From Bacillota bacterium (lineage in GTDB: Bacteria; Bacillota; Dethiobacteria; DTU022): a DNA stretch of 64,000 nucleotides. Where the stretch lies: assembly GCA_030611385.1 (NCBI GenBank), contig JAUWPV010000002.1:15433-79432 (forward strand), written 5' to 3'. Under the pieces are notes generated by a model that saw only the letters and a list, made by a program, of their open reading frames with translations, was not told where the DNA came from and made no database searches. Shown in pieces: positions 1 through 9,055 of this stretch. The position numbers were made by a program, and so were the translations under genes. Position 1 is the stretch's first letter. Each line of letters starts with the position of its first letter.

Positions 1-91
1 CCAGCTGGATATAGTTTTAAAAGATCGGGAAGGCAATCCGGTATCCGCGGATGAGCTGGATAAATTAATCGTCCGTGTCGATGGAGAAGAG

Positions 92-313
92 TTGAAAGTA
101 TGGGCTGCTGTTCTGGAATACGCGGCCAGTCAACCCACAGGCTCTTCCGGATTACCGGAAATCGATTCCTATTACGCCGCTACTGCCGGCAGGATTAATC
201 AGGTTTGGTCGATACCACTGGTGACCTGGCCTATTCTAGTTGTTCTGGCGCTGATTGCCGGGATTGTCTATCTTGTCAAGCGCAGAAAACGACGCAAAAA
301 ATTAACCAGATAA
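92..313 (+). CDS. Small C-terminal membrane-anchored protein (TM helix plus KRRKRRKK tail). The frame is open back to nt 2, so this may be the 3' end of a larger gene cut by the window edge.
   Basis: ORF track. GGAGAAGAG purine run 8-11 nt upstream of the ATG at 92. Hydrophobic segment PLVTWPILVVLALIAGIVYLV followed by a polybasic tail. Confidence 0.35.
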   Translation: MKVWAAVLEYAASQPTGSSGLPEIDSYYAATAGRINQVWSIPLVTWPILVVLALIAGIVYLVKRRKRRKKLTR

Positions 314-445
314 TCTTATAAAGGTACAGCGATGACGAAGGGTTGGGTCATTTATTGGCAGGATGAATCTTCCCTTGCCATAGACACACCCAGAGTTTTA
401 TGCTACCTTAGAGCATACAGAAACTAGAGATGGAGCTGATCGGTA

Positions 446-1300
446 TTGCGGAATCTGGCCTGGATAAACGGCACGGTAAGCGATATTAGCGAAGCAAAAG
501 TTTCCTTAGAAGACCGAGGACATCTCCTCGGCGATGGGGTATATGAGGTAACCAGGATTTACAACAGCAGGCCCTTCTATCTTTCCGCTCACCTCGAAAG
601 ATTGCATAAAAGTGCCGTAGCAATCAGGATTGACATTCCCGTTAGGATAGGCGAAATTGAAGAAATAGTGGCAGATCTGATCAAAAAAAGCGATTGCATT
701 GATGGTTATCTTTATATACAGCTGACCAGAGGCAGCGCGCAGCGTAATCACCTTTTTCCTGTCGGCGCCACACCGAACTTGACCTTGTATGTAAGAGGAT
801 TAGATCCTCTACCGGCATTGGAAGCGGTCAAACCAGCCGAATGTATCACTCTGCCAGATGAGCGGTGGCTGAACTGTCACATAAAAACAGTTAATTTGTT
901 GCCGAACCTTTTGGCGAGGCAAAAAGCCGCTGAAGCGGGAGCCCAGGAAGCGATTTTATACCGGTCCGGTGATGTTGTGACCGAAGGAACCCGCTCTAAT
1001 GTATTTATTTTGATCGACGGCAAGGTTCGAACCCATCCGGAATCGAACCTGATCTTATCCGGAATTACCAGGCGCATTGTTCTCGACATCCTGACCGAAT
1101 TAGCAATATCAAACAGTGAAGAGAATTTTACCCGACACGATCTGCAAAATGCTTCTGAAGTATGGATTACTTCTACAACTATGGAAGTCAACCCGGTTGC
1201 CAAAATCGATGGTAACCGGGTAAAAGGCACTGCACCTGGACCGATTTGCTATCGGCTAATGGAAGAATTGCGGAATAAAATAGCAGCGACCTGTTTTTAA
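446..1300 (+). CDS. dat: D-amino-acid (D-alanine) aminotransferase, fold-type IV PLP enzyme
   Basis: 284 aa. Motifs YIQLTRG, RNHLFP, RWLNCHIKTVNLL, ARQKAAEAGAQEAILYR align with the Bacillus Dat/BCAT class IV family. Confidence 0.75.
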   Translation: MRNLAWINGTVSDISEAKVSLEDRGHLLGDGVYEVTRIYNSRPFYLSAHLERLHKSAVAIRIDIPVRIGEIEEIVADLIKKSDCIDGYLYIQLTRGSAQRNHLFPVGATPNLTLYVRGLDPLPALEAVKPAECITLPDERWLNCHIKTVNLLPNLLARQKAAEAGAQEAILYRSGDVVTEGTRSNVFILIDGKVRTHPESNLILSGITRRIVLDILTELAISNSEENFTRHDLQNASEVWITSTTMEVNPVAKIDGNRVKGTAPGPICYRLMEELRNKIAATCF

Positions 1301-1328
1301 GGATGTGATCTAATTGCGAGCAAAGATT

Positions 1329-1481
1329 ATGAAGACCATTTCGTTAATTAATTTCGGACGACAAACTGCTAAATGGCCGGGTGTTGTTCGCTTAGAACAA
1401 TGGTTGGCGGAGTTATTGAAAACGGATGGTTGTAAAGCCGAGGTTTGTTTACAGATTTCGGTTCCATCCAGTTGTAGATAG
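1329..1481 (+). CDS. Hypothetical small protein (50 aa), missed by the 60-aa ORF cutoff
   Basis: ATG at 1329; translation MKTISLINFGRQTAKWPGVVRLEQWLAELLKTDGCKAEVCLQISVPSSCR; TAG stop lies 4 nt before a strong intrinsic terminator. Confidence 0.2.
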   Translation: MKTISLINFGRQTAKWPGVVRLEQWLAELLKTDGCKAEVCLQISVPSSCR

Positions 1482-1485
1482 CCGA

Positions 1486-1518
1486 AGAGAGTAGGTGAAA
1501 ACCTACTCTCTTTTTATT
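1486..1518 (+). terminator. Rho-independent terminator (AGAGAGTAGG-tgaaaa-CCTACTCTCT followed by TTTTATT)
   Basis: Perfect 10-bp stem, 6-nt loop and a T-run, read directly from the sequence. Confidence 0.7.
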
Positions 1519-1539
1519 GCATGAGAGGAGTGTTGGAGT

Positions 1540-2259
1540 GTGCAGTTGGTATTACTGTGGGACTTACAGGAGTTGGATCTCTCCATTAGCGAATTTAAGT
1601 TAAAAATAGAGGAAGCGCCTCACCTGAGCGGCGTAGAAGAAACAAATGAAAAGCTTGATGAGTTGAAAAATGAACTGTCCGAGCAGGAGCATCGGCTAGC
1701 AGAAGATCAAAAAACATTAAGACAGCTTGAAATGAAGGTGCAAAAAATTGTCGATGATTGGCAAGAACTAAGCGGCAGCCTCTATAGCGGCAAGATCACC
1801 AATGTGAAGGAATTAGAGCAGATGCAGCGCAAATTGGATCTACTTGCTGCCGAAAAGCAGAAACTGGAAGACAATATAATACTTCTGATGGAATCGGTTG
1901 AAGAACAGGAGATGGCACTGAAAGAGACTGAGACAGGGGTCAATAAAAGCGAGCAGGAATTCCAGAAAAAGGAAGGTCTGTTGGAAACAAATTTAAACCT
2001 ATTTAGAAAAGAGCTTTCCCGGCTGGAAATTGATCGAAACCGGCTCGCTGAAGATATTGAACAAAAATACTTAAAAAGATACGAGATATTGGCTCAAAAA
2101 CACCAGGGACGGGCTCTGGCAAAAGTGGACGATGACATCTGCAGCGGTTGCCGTGTTTTTGTCTCATCCGGGCTGCGCGGCCATCTTTACAATCCAGGGG
2201 CAATGGTGTATTGTGAAAACTGCGGTCGTCTGCTGGTCAAACTTGACAACCAGCAGTAA
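1540..2259 (+). CDS. Coiled-coil protein with a C-terminal C4 zinc ribbon (COG1579-like, putative nucleic-acid binding)
   Basis: GTG start 10 nt after GAGGAG. Long heptad-rich region, then CSGCRVFVSSG...YCENCGRLL zinc ribbon. Confidence 0.55.
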   Translation: MQLVLLWDLQELDLSISEFKLKIEEAPHLSGVEETNEKLDELKNELSEQEHRLAEDQKTLRQLEMKVQKIVDDWQELSGSLYSGKITNVKELEQMQRKLDLLAAEKQKLEDNIILLMESVEEQEMALKETETGVNKSEQEFQKKEGLLETNLNLFRKELSRLEIDRNRLAEDIEQKYLKRYEILAQKHQGRALAKVDDDICSGCRVFVSSGLRGHLYNPGAMVYCENCGRLLVKLDNQQ

Positions 2260-2349
2260 GGGAGCCGCTTTTTGCTGAAGATTTCATTAGTAATGTATAT
2301 TAGTGTGTACTAAAAATGTAAAGAAAAGACAAAACCGGAGGGACTACTT

Positions 2350-3156
2350 TTGGCACAAAGAAAAGTCAGAGCGAAAGATTTACGAAAACAGCGTTGGGCT
2401 GGGATAGTGGCTGCCGTGCTTGCCTTTGTTTTGATTATTTCGCTGGTTAGTGCATATATCAGTCAGGCAGTCAGAAACAGCGAAACTGCGGTGCCCGAGC
2501 AACAAACCGAACTACAGCCGGAAGATTACCTTACCTATTACCAGGGTGAGGTTGATCGCCTCGAGGAATACCTTCAGGATCACGAGGCCGACGCGGCAGC
2601 TCTTCTGGAACTGGTCGAGAATTATCGTTATTTATCATTTATTCAGCAGGCTTATTTTAATAATCAGGAAGCTTTCGAGGGCTACCAGGTAAGGTTAGTT
2701 TCTCTATACGATTCCCTGGTCAAACTGGAACCGTCGAATTTGCAGCATCGCCTGGAGCTTATTAAACTTTACGGAGAACAGAAAGTTGATCAACAGCTGA
2801 TTGATGAAGAGATTGCTGTTTTGCAGGAACAGTTACGGGAAACCCCCGATCCGTATATACACCTCTTACTGGTTGGACTGCTTTCTTCAACCGGTGAAGC
2901 CGAGCGGTTACAGGAAGAGAAAATGTGGTTATCTGCATACCTTGAAGAAAGATTAACAGCAGATCTGGCGGGCAATGAGGAGCGTTTTTATTACGCTGTT
3001 TTACTTGGGGAATACTTAGATGATCCGGATACAGCGGAAGAGATCCTTGTCGATATTCTGGAACAGGAAGATGAAGAGAGCAAGATTTACCAGGAATCGC
3101 TGAATTACCTGAACGATCTCCGGCCTGAAAACGATAATGAAGAATTAGCGCCTTAA
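2350..3156 (+). CDS. Hypothetical acidic protein with an N-terminal TM anchor
   Basis: TTG start after GGAGGG. N-terminal WAGIVAAVLAFVLIISLVSAYI helix; Glu/Asp/Leu-rich remainder. Confidence 0.45.
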   Translation: MAQRKVRAKDLRKQRWAGIVAAVLAFVLIISLVSAYISQAVRNSETAVPEQQTELQPEDYLTYYQGEVDRLEEYLQDHEADAAALLELVENYRYLSFIQQAYFNNQEAFEGYQVRLVSLYDSLVKLEPSNLQHRLELIKLYGEQKVDQQLIDEEIAVLQEQLRETPDPYIHLLLVGLLSSTGEAERLQEEKMWLSAYLEERLTADLAGNEERFYYAVLLGEYLDDPDTAEEILVDILEQEDEESKIYQESLNYLNDLRPENDNEELAP

Positions 3157-3186
3157 TTAAGGCTGGGAGGATACTGTAAAAGGCTA

Positions 3187-3948
3187 ATGGAAAAGAATAA
3201 ACTGATTAGCTTTACTGAAGATCTGCGGAAACGTTTAATTATTATTACGGCCACCGTTTTTATTTTCGCGATCGTAAGTTTTGCTTTCAGCGATCAAGTC
3301 AGGCATATCCTATTGCTGCCGGGCGAAATGGCTTATAGCATGTTGGAAACAGAAGGACTTGATTTGCAGTTAATATTTCTAACCCCTTCCGAAGCGCTTC
3401 TGGCCAATCTACGTCTTGCTTTTATCACCAGCGCTACTGTAACCCTGCCCATTATTCTCTACCAGTTGCTTGCCCTGGTCATGACTGCAGTTGGGAGGGC
3501 TAAAAAGACTGTTGTTATATTGACCATGGTTATGTACATTCTGTTTGCTTTGGGTTTATCCTTTGCATACTTTGTGGTACTGCCCTTTGCCCTGAATTTT
3601 TTTATCAGTTTTTCCGGTCCTGACCTTGTTCCGAATTTTAGTATTGCCCGCTACATTTCTTTTACCACCTCGTTTATTTTTTCATTCGGCCTTGTTTTTC
3701 AACTTCCGGTTGTCTTTTGGTTTTTGGGCAGTATAGGATTGGTAAATACGGCATTTTTACGCCGTAACCGTAAATATGCTCTCCTGATTATTGTTATTCT
3801 TGCAGCGATTCTGACTCCCCCTGATGTTTTTTCCCAGGTTTTAATGGTTATGCCACTACTACTTCTATATGAATTGGGTATTTTCATGGTCTACCTGGCT
3901 TCGCGCAAAAAGATCCATTCTGAAATAACTGATGTTTCAGCGGGTTAA
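3187..3948 (+). CDS. tatC: Sec-independent (twin-arginine) protein translocase subunit TatC
   Basis: 253 aa, six predicted TM segments. N-terminal LRKRLI motif and the TatC signature LTPPDVFSQ. Confidence 0.85.
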   Translation: MEKNKLISFTEDLRKRLIIITATVFIFAIVSFAFSDQVRHILLLPGEMAYSMLETEGLDLQLIFLTPSEALLANLRLAFITSATVTLPIILYQLLALVMTAVGRAKKTVVILTMVMYILFALGLSFAYFVVLPFALNFFISFSGPDLVPNFSIARYISFTTSFIFSFGLVFQLPVVFWFLGSIGLVNTAFLRRNRKYALLIIVILAAILTPPDVFSQVLMVMPLLLLYELGIFMVYLASRKKIHSEITDVSAG

Positions 3949-4085
3949 CCCTCTATAATTTTTATTCGACAGTGTAATCCAAAACGAGATGTTTCGGTTA
4001 ACTATATATTGGGTATGAGCAGGGAAAGTAAAATAATTTGTAGAAGTCAGATTACACATTATTTCGGGGAAGGTAGTCGATAGAG

Positions 4086-5612
4086 ATGAAAATAGCCGGT
4101 GACGGAGAATACCGGGGAGAACAAATAAACGACAAGCCGTATGGTAAGGGTACTGTAACCTGGCTGGACGGGAGTAGATATACCGGTGATTGGAAAGAAG
4201 GTCTCTTTCACGGCGAAGGTGTTTTTACCTGGTCTAACGGTGATAAATATGAGGGGCAATGGAAAGAAGATCGCATGGATGGCCATGGCACCTACCTGTT
4301 CGCTGACTGGCGCAGATATGTTGGAAAATGGCGTGAAGATCAGATCAGCGGATACGGTATTTACTATTGGCCAACTGGAGAAAAATACGAAGGCGAATTT
4401 TTAAACGGCCTCTATGAGGGTCGGGGCAGCTATTCCTGGCCGGACGGTAAATATTATAGCGGTGAGTGGAAGAAATCCTGTCGGTTTGGCCAGGGAGAAA
4501 TGACCTGGCCCGATGGAAGAAACTATACCGGCCAGTGGTATGGTGATCGCAAAGAGGGCCTCGGGACGCAGATCTGGCCGGATGGTAGGAAGTATTATGG
4601 TCAGTGGAAAGATAACCATATGCACGGCAGAGGCGTCTATACTTTTTCTGACGGCTCACGTTATGAAGGTTTCTTTATGAAAGGAAGTTTCAGTAATAGG
4701 GGAAAGTATTTCTTTTTTGATGGATCGATATATAAGGGGAATTTGCTCGAAGGATTGCCACATGGGAAAGGCAGTGTTCTGTTCCCGGATGGAAGAAAAT
4801 ACAGCGGCACATACGAGCATGGCCGCGATGTTGGTCAGGGTATATTTTTTCTCTCTGATGGTTCCAATTACAGCGGTGCGAGTAAGAATAGTTTGCCCCA
4901 CGGCAAGGGCACGCTCTTTTTCCCCGACGGATCGCGTTATTTCGGGACATTCAAAGATGGAGAACCGGCCGATAGTGGTTCTTATTATTTTGTTGATGGT
5001 TCGGTTTTCAGCGGAGACTTGAAGAAGAGTCGGCCTGATGGAAAAGGCAGGACAATCTATAGCAGTGGTATTGAGTATAATGGTGAATTCAAAGACGGAA
5101 AAAGGCACGGTCAGGGTAGCCAGCTCTTTCCTGACGGTGCTGAGTACAGCGGTGAATGGTTTGAAGATCAAATAAATGGCAGTGGTGTTTACCGTTCCTC
5201 TGGAGGAGATTGTTACACAGGAACATTTAAAAACGGTCTCTGGCACGGTGAGGGTTGTCTCGAACAAGCGGATGGTTCAATTTTCCGGGGTATCTGGGAA
5301 AGGGGACGGTTGCACGGGCGCGGCAGTTGTCTATATGTTAGAAGAGGGCAGTATGAAGGTGAGCTGAAAGAGGGTAAATTCCACGGTTGGGGAATTAGAA
5401 CCTGGGATGGTGGTAGCAGTTATTGCGGACGATGGTGGAAGGGTTTTCAGCACGGCTACGGTACTTATATTTCCGTAGTTGGAGATGAATATAAAGGAAA
5501 ATGGTTTTTAAATCGAAGGCATGGTAGCGGAATTCTTAAAAATATGGAAAAAGGAATCAGGAAAGGCATCTGGCTTTTCGGGCTTGGACCGTTCTGGACG
5601 AGAGAATTATAG
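4086..5612 (+). CDS. MORN-repeat protein with about 20 tandem repeats; no signal peptide visible
   Basis: 508 aa built almost entirely of repeating Y-x-G-x-W/F-K-x-G-x-x-H/E-G-x-G units typical of MORN. Confidence 0.7.
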   Translation: MKIAGDGEYRGEQINDKPYGKGTVTWLDGSRYTGDWKEGLFHGEGVFTWSNGDKYEGQWKEDRMDGHGTYLFADWRRYVGKWREDQISGYGIYYWPTGEKYEGEFLNGLYEGRGSYSWPDGKYYSGEWKKSCRFGQGEMTWPDGRNYTGQWYGDRKEGLGTQIWPDGRKYYGQWKDNHMHGRGVYTFSDGSRYEGFFMKGSFSNRGKYFFFDGSIYKGNLLEGLPHGKGSVLFPDGRKYSGTYEHGRDVGQGIFFLSDGSNYSGASKNSLPHGKGTLFFPDGSRYFGTFKDGEPADSGSYYFVDGSVFSGDLKKSRPDGKGRTIYSSGIEYNGEFKDGKRHGQGSQLFPDGAEYSGEWFEDQINGSGVYRSSGGDCYTGTFKNGLWHGEGCLEQADGSIFRGIWERGRLHGRGSCLYVRRGQYEGELKEGKFHGWGIRTWDGGSSYCGRWWKGFQHGYGTYISVVGDEYKGKWFLNRRHGSGILKNMEKGIRKGIWLFGLGPFWTREL

Positions 5613-5622
5613 GCGGAAAGGA

Positions 5623-6120
5623 ATGGTAACTTTGATTGCTGAATCGGAACAAAAGGTTTACAACACTCTGGATCAACTGGATATTTCATATGCCCGTTAC
5701 GAGCATCCGCCGGTTTATACCGTTGATGAAGCTAAACAATACTGGCAGGATATAAAAGGATCCCATGCAAAAAATTTGTTTTTACGCAACAATAAAGGCA
5801 GCCGTCATTACCTGGTTGTTCTGGAAGAAACAAAAACTGCTGACTTAAAGGGTCTTTCCACTCAACTTGATGCGGGTAAATTAAGCTTCGCCTCTGAGCG
5901 GAGATTAATGGAACATTTAGGGCTTGAAGCCGGCTCCGTTTCGCCATTTGGCCTGATCAATGACAGTCAAAAAGCAGTAACAGTGGTAATCGACCGTGAT
6001 CTCTCCAGGAACGGTCTGGTTAATTTCCATCCCAATGTCAACACGGCCACAATTACTGTAACTAATCAGGATTTCGAAAAATTTCTCAAACACTGTGGCA
6101 GCGAAATAATCTATATTTAG
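5623..6120 (+). CDS. proX: YbaK/ProX-type aminoacyl-tRNA trans-editing deacylase (prolyl-tRNA synthetase-associated domain)
   Basis: ATG at 5623 follows GGAAAGGA. The HAKNLFLRNNKG...YLVV motif is typical of the ProX/YbaK family. The ORF-track 5' extension overlaps the MORN gene and is probably not translated. Confidence 0.65.
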   Translation: MVTLIAESEQKVYNTLDQLDISYARYEHPPVYTVDEAKQYWQDIKGSHAKNLFLRNNKGSRHYLVVLEETKTADLKGLSTQLDAGKLSFASERRLMEHLGLEAGSVSPFGLINDSQKAVTVVIDRDLSRNGLVNFHPNVNTATITVTNQDFEKFLKHCGSEIIYI

Positions 6121-6270
6121 CTGCCAAGCAATAAGTTGATTCTGTATGCAATATATAAATAGTATAATATACCCAGCACTTTAAGAGTAGCAGAGCTAAT
6201 GGTTTTAATGAGGCAGGGGTAAATTGCTGCCTGAATATAAATAAGGGAAAAAAGGAAGGAGCATCTATTA

Positions 6271-6903
6271 ATGGCAGATTTTGAAGCTTTAGCAGGAGCA
6301 ATTATTGATTGTAATGCGGTGAGGGCCGGTGAGTTAACCCAAAAACTTGTTGACGAAGGGGTCAAACCTTTAGAGATTATCAGCAAGGGTTTAATTGGTG
6401 GTATGAACATAGTTGGTGATCGTTTCAAGAAAGGCGACATGTATGTGCCTGAGGTGATGATGGCGGCCAAGGCGATGCATGCCGGGATGAACATAGTCAA
6501 GCCTTTGTTATTGGAAGGCGAAACAGCATCGACCGGTAAGGTGATTGTTGGCACCGTTTCCGGGGACCTCCATGATATCGGTAAAAACCTGGTTGGCATG
6601 ATGATGGAAGCGAGCGGCATGGAAGTGGTTGACCTTGGAGTGGACGTAACTCCTGAGAAGTTTGCACAGGCTGTTCGTGAACACAAGCCGCAGGTAGTCG
6701 GTTTAAGCGCACTGCTGACGACCACGATGCTGTCGATGAAAGACACCATTGAGATATTGAAAGAAGAAGGTTTAAGAGATTCAGTCAAGGTGATTATCGG
6801 TGGTGCCCCGGTTACCCAGGATTTCGCTAATGAGATTGGCGCAGATGGATGGGCACCCGATGCAGCATCAGCCAAGGATCTGGCCCGTAAACTGGCCGGG
6901 TAA
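6271..6903 (+). CDS. Cobalamin-binding corrinoid protein of a methyltransferase system (MtbC/MttC/MtgC-like)
   Basis: 210 aa. B12-binding DxHxxG motif (GDLHDIGKN) and a Rossmann-like B12 domain. Size and architecture match methylotrophic corrinoid proteins. Confidence 0.8.
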   Translation: MADFEALAGAIIDCNAVRAGELTQKLVDEGVKPLEIISKGLIGGMNIVGDRFKKGDMYVPEVMMAAKAMHAGMNIVKPLLLEGETASTGKVIVGTVSGDLHDIGKNLVGMMMEASGMEVVDLGVDVTPEKFAQAVREHKPQVVGLSALLTTTMLSMKDTIEILKEEGLRDSVKVIIGGAPVTQDFANEIGADGWAPDAASAKDLARKLAG

Positions 6904-6985
6904 ACAGGGCCGCTAAGGATATCATTGCCAATACATAGTTGAAACTGAACGAGCAGCAAACCTTCTTCAATTGGTGGGATAGAAT

Positions 6986-9001
6986 ATGGCAAACTTGGCC
7001 TTGGGGATCGATACCGGTGGCACATTTACCGACGGAGTTATCTTCGATCTTGATCGAAAAACAGTTGAAGCTAAAACAAAAGTAGAAACTACCAGGCATG
7101 ATTTAACACTTGCCATAAACCGCTGCCTTGATAATCTGATTGTTGCGCTTAAAGAAAAGAAAGGCGATCAGATCGATATCAGACAACTCAAAATGGTTTC
7201 TTTATCGACAACGCTTGCCACCAATGCTATTGTCGAAGGTCAGGGAGCTGCGGTGGGCTTGATACAGATCGGGTTTGAACCCCGTCAGAGCCTGCCTACT
7301 CCTTACTACGCCGTTATTTCCGGCGGCTGTAACATTAAGGGCAGCATTACAGAAGAACTGGATTTATGCGCTGCTGAACAGGTAATTCTGAAAATGAAAG
7401 ATCATGTTGATACATTTGCTGTATCCGCGTACTTAAGTATCCGCAATCCGATCCAGGAAATTCAGATTTCCGAACTGATTCGCAGGCTGACCGGTTACCC
7501 GGTAGTGGCGGCGCATCAGCTCAGCACTGATTTGGGTATGCATGAACGGACAGTTACAGCCGTATTAAATGCCCGTTTGATGCCTTTGATTACTGATCTG
7601 ATAGATTCGGTTAAACAGGGTATGGAGCGCTTAAAAATTGAAGCACCCCTGATGGTAGTTCGTGGAGACGGTAGTTTGATCAGCGAAACGATGGCCCGCG
7701 AGAAGCCAATTGAAACAATATTGTCTGGTCCGGCAGCAAGTATCATCGGTGCCCTTACTTTAACTGGAGTTCAGGAAGGAATCGTTATCGACATGGGCGG
7801 TACTACCACTGATGTTGCCGTTCTTAATGATGGACGACCTTCTATAAGTAAAGAGGGGGCCCGGGTTGGCGGGTGGCTAACCAGGGTTAAAGCAGCCCGG
7901 ATAACCACAATTGGTTTGGGTGGCGATAGTTTAATCCATGTTTCAAAGGGTGCAGCGCTTTCAATCGGACCGCAGAGGGTATTTCCGCTTTCGTGGATTG
8001 TATCTCAATACCCTTATCTGGCCGATGAATTGGCCGCTATAGAGCCGAGTGATTATTCATCTATGGATACGCAGCCGACAATAATACTGACCTATATCAG
8101 AGATCCTCTCAATATCAAGATTACCGGGACAGAGCAGCAGATTATCGATCTGATAAAAGAGGGACCACATACGCTGCACTATATTGGTAATAAATTACAG
8201 AAAGAGATCGATCTTATATCGTGGCAACGATTGGTCAATGTTGCTTCTGTCCACCGTGCTTCACTGACACCGACTGATCTGCTGCATGTAAATGGCAAAT
8301 TAAACCTATGGGATTGTCGGGCGGCTGAATTGGGGACAGCTATGCTGGCCAGTCGCTATAAGGTATCCGTAATGGAGTTTGTGGATACCGTGATGGAAGA
8401 GATTCAGTTTAAACTGGCGGCGATTACTATTGACCGCCTGTTAGCTGAAGAAGGGGCTAAGTTTTCCCTGGTTGATGAAGAGGGCAGTTCCTACATCCTG
8501 AGAAAGATCTTGAACAAGCATAATGAAGGTAATACACAGCAGATTTCATTAATGGCAAGGTTAAAGCATCCAATAGTAGCTGTTGGCGCTCCGGTTGGAG
8601 CATATTTTCCTGATTTGGCTAAAAAGCTACAGGCAAAATTGTATCTTCCTCAAGATGCAGATGTCGCCAATGCGGTGGGTACAGTGAGCGGTAAAGCGGT
8701 TGAAAGAGTGACGATTCTTGTTAAACCGGGTGAAGGTGGTGGATTTCTGGTTCATACTCCGCGCCAGAGAGAATATTTTACGAATTTTGATGAAGCAATT
8801 GAATATGCCTGTAAGGAAGGCCAGCGATATGTTTACGAGCAGGCTGTTAATGCGGGTGCCTCAGACATAGAAACATTGGTCGAGCGGAAAGATCATTACA
8901 GCAAGCTCGCTTCCATGGTCGCTAGTGATCAATTTGAAAATAAACTATTTATTGAAAGCACAATCGAAGTATCTGCCGTAGGCAGGCCGTGGACTGATTG
9001 A
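6986..9001 (+). CDS. Hydantoinase A/oxoprolinase-like ASKHA-fold ATPase (HyuA-like, no HyuB partner)
   Basis: 671 aa. N-terminal GIDTGGTFTD motif of the Hydant_A_N family. Positioned between the corrinoid protein and the methyl-THF methyltransferase. Confidence 0.55.
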   Translation: MANLALGIDTGGTFTDGVIFDLDRKTVEAKTKVETTRHDLTLAINRCLDNLIVALKEKKGDQIDIRQLKMVSLSTTLATNAIVEGQGAAVGLIQIGFEPRQSLPTPYYAVISGGCNIKGSITEELDLCAAEQVILKMKDHVDTFAVSAYLSIRNPIQEIQISELIRRLTGYPVVAAHQLSTDLGMHERTVTAVLNARLMPLITDLIDSVKQGMERLKIEAPLMVVRGDGSLISETMAREKPIETILSGPAASIIGALTLTGVQEGIVIDMGGTTTDVAVLNDGRPSISKEGARVGGWLTRVKAARITTIGLGGDSLIHVSKGAALSIGPQRVFPLSWIVSQYPYLADELAAIEPSDYSSMDTQPTIILTYIRDPLNIKITGTEQQIIDLIKEGPHTLHYIGNKLQKEIDLISWQRLVNVASVHRASLTPTDLLHVNGKLNLWDCRAAELGTAMLASRYKVSVMEFVDTVMEEIQFKLAAITIDRLLAEEGAKFSLVDEEGSSYILRKILNKHNEGNTQQISLMARLKHPIVAVGAPVGAYFPDLAKKLQAKLYLPQDADVANAVGTVSGKAVERVTILVKPGEGGGFLVHTPRQREYFTNFDEAIEYACKEGQRYVYEQAVNAGASDIETLVERKDHYSKLASMVASDQFENKLFIESTIEVSAVGRPWTD

Positions 9002-9055
9002 TAATAAATTGAGGAGGTCTAGTTACCGGTTTGTTCAAATCCGGTAAGCATAATT

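Noticed and set aside
2-313. Sortase-substrate-like QPTG motif in the first ORF
   Set aside because: The motif lies about 35 residues before the TM helix rather than immediately before it, which does not fit a sorting signal.
4656-5267. 203-aa minus-strand ORF, and other antisense ORFs (4345-4659, 4401-4625, 4690-4950)
   Set aside because: Antisense to the repetitive MORN gene; artefacts of the repeat-rich, stop-poor sequence.
6117-7025. 302-aa minus-strand ORF
   Set aside because: Antisense to the well-supported corrinoid-protein gene, with low-complexity Ser/Pro/Thr-rich translation; spurious.
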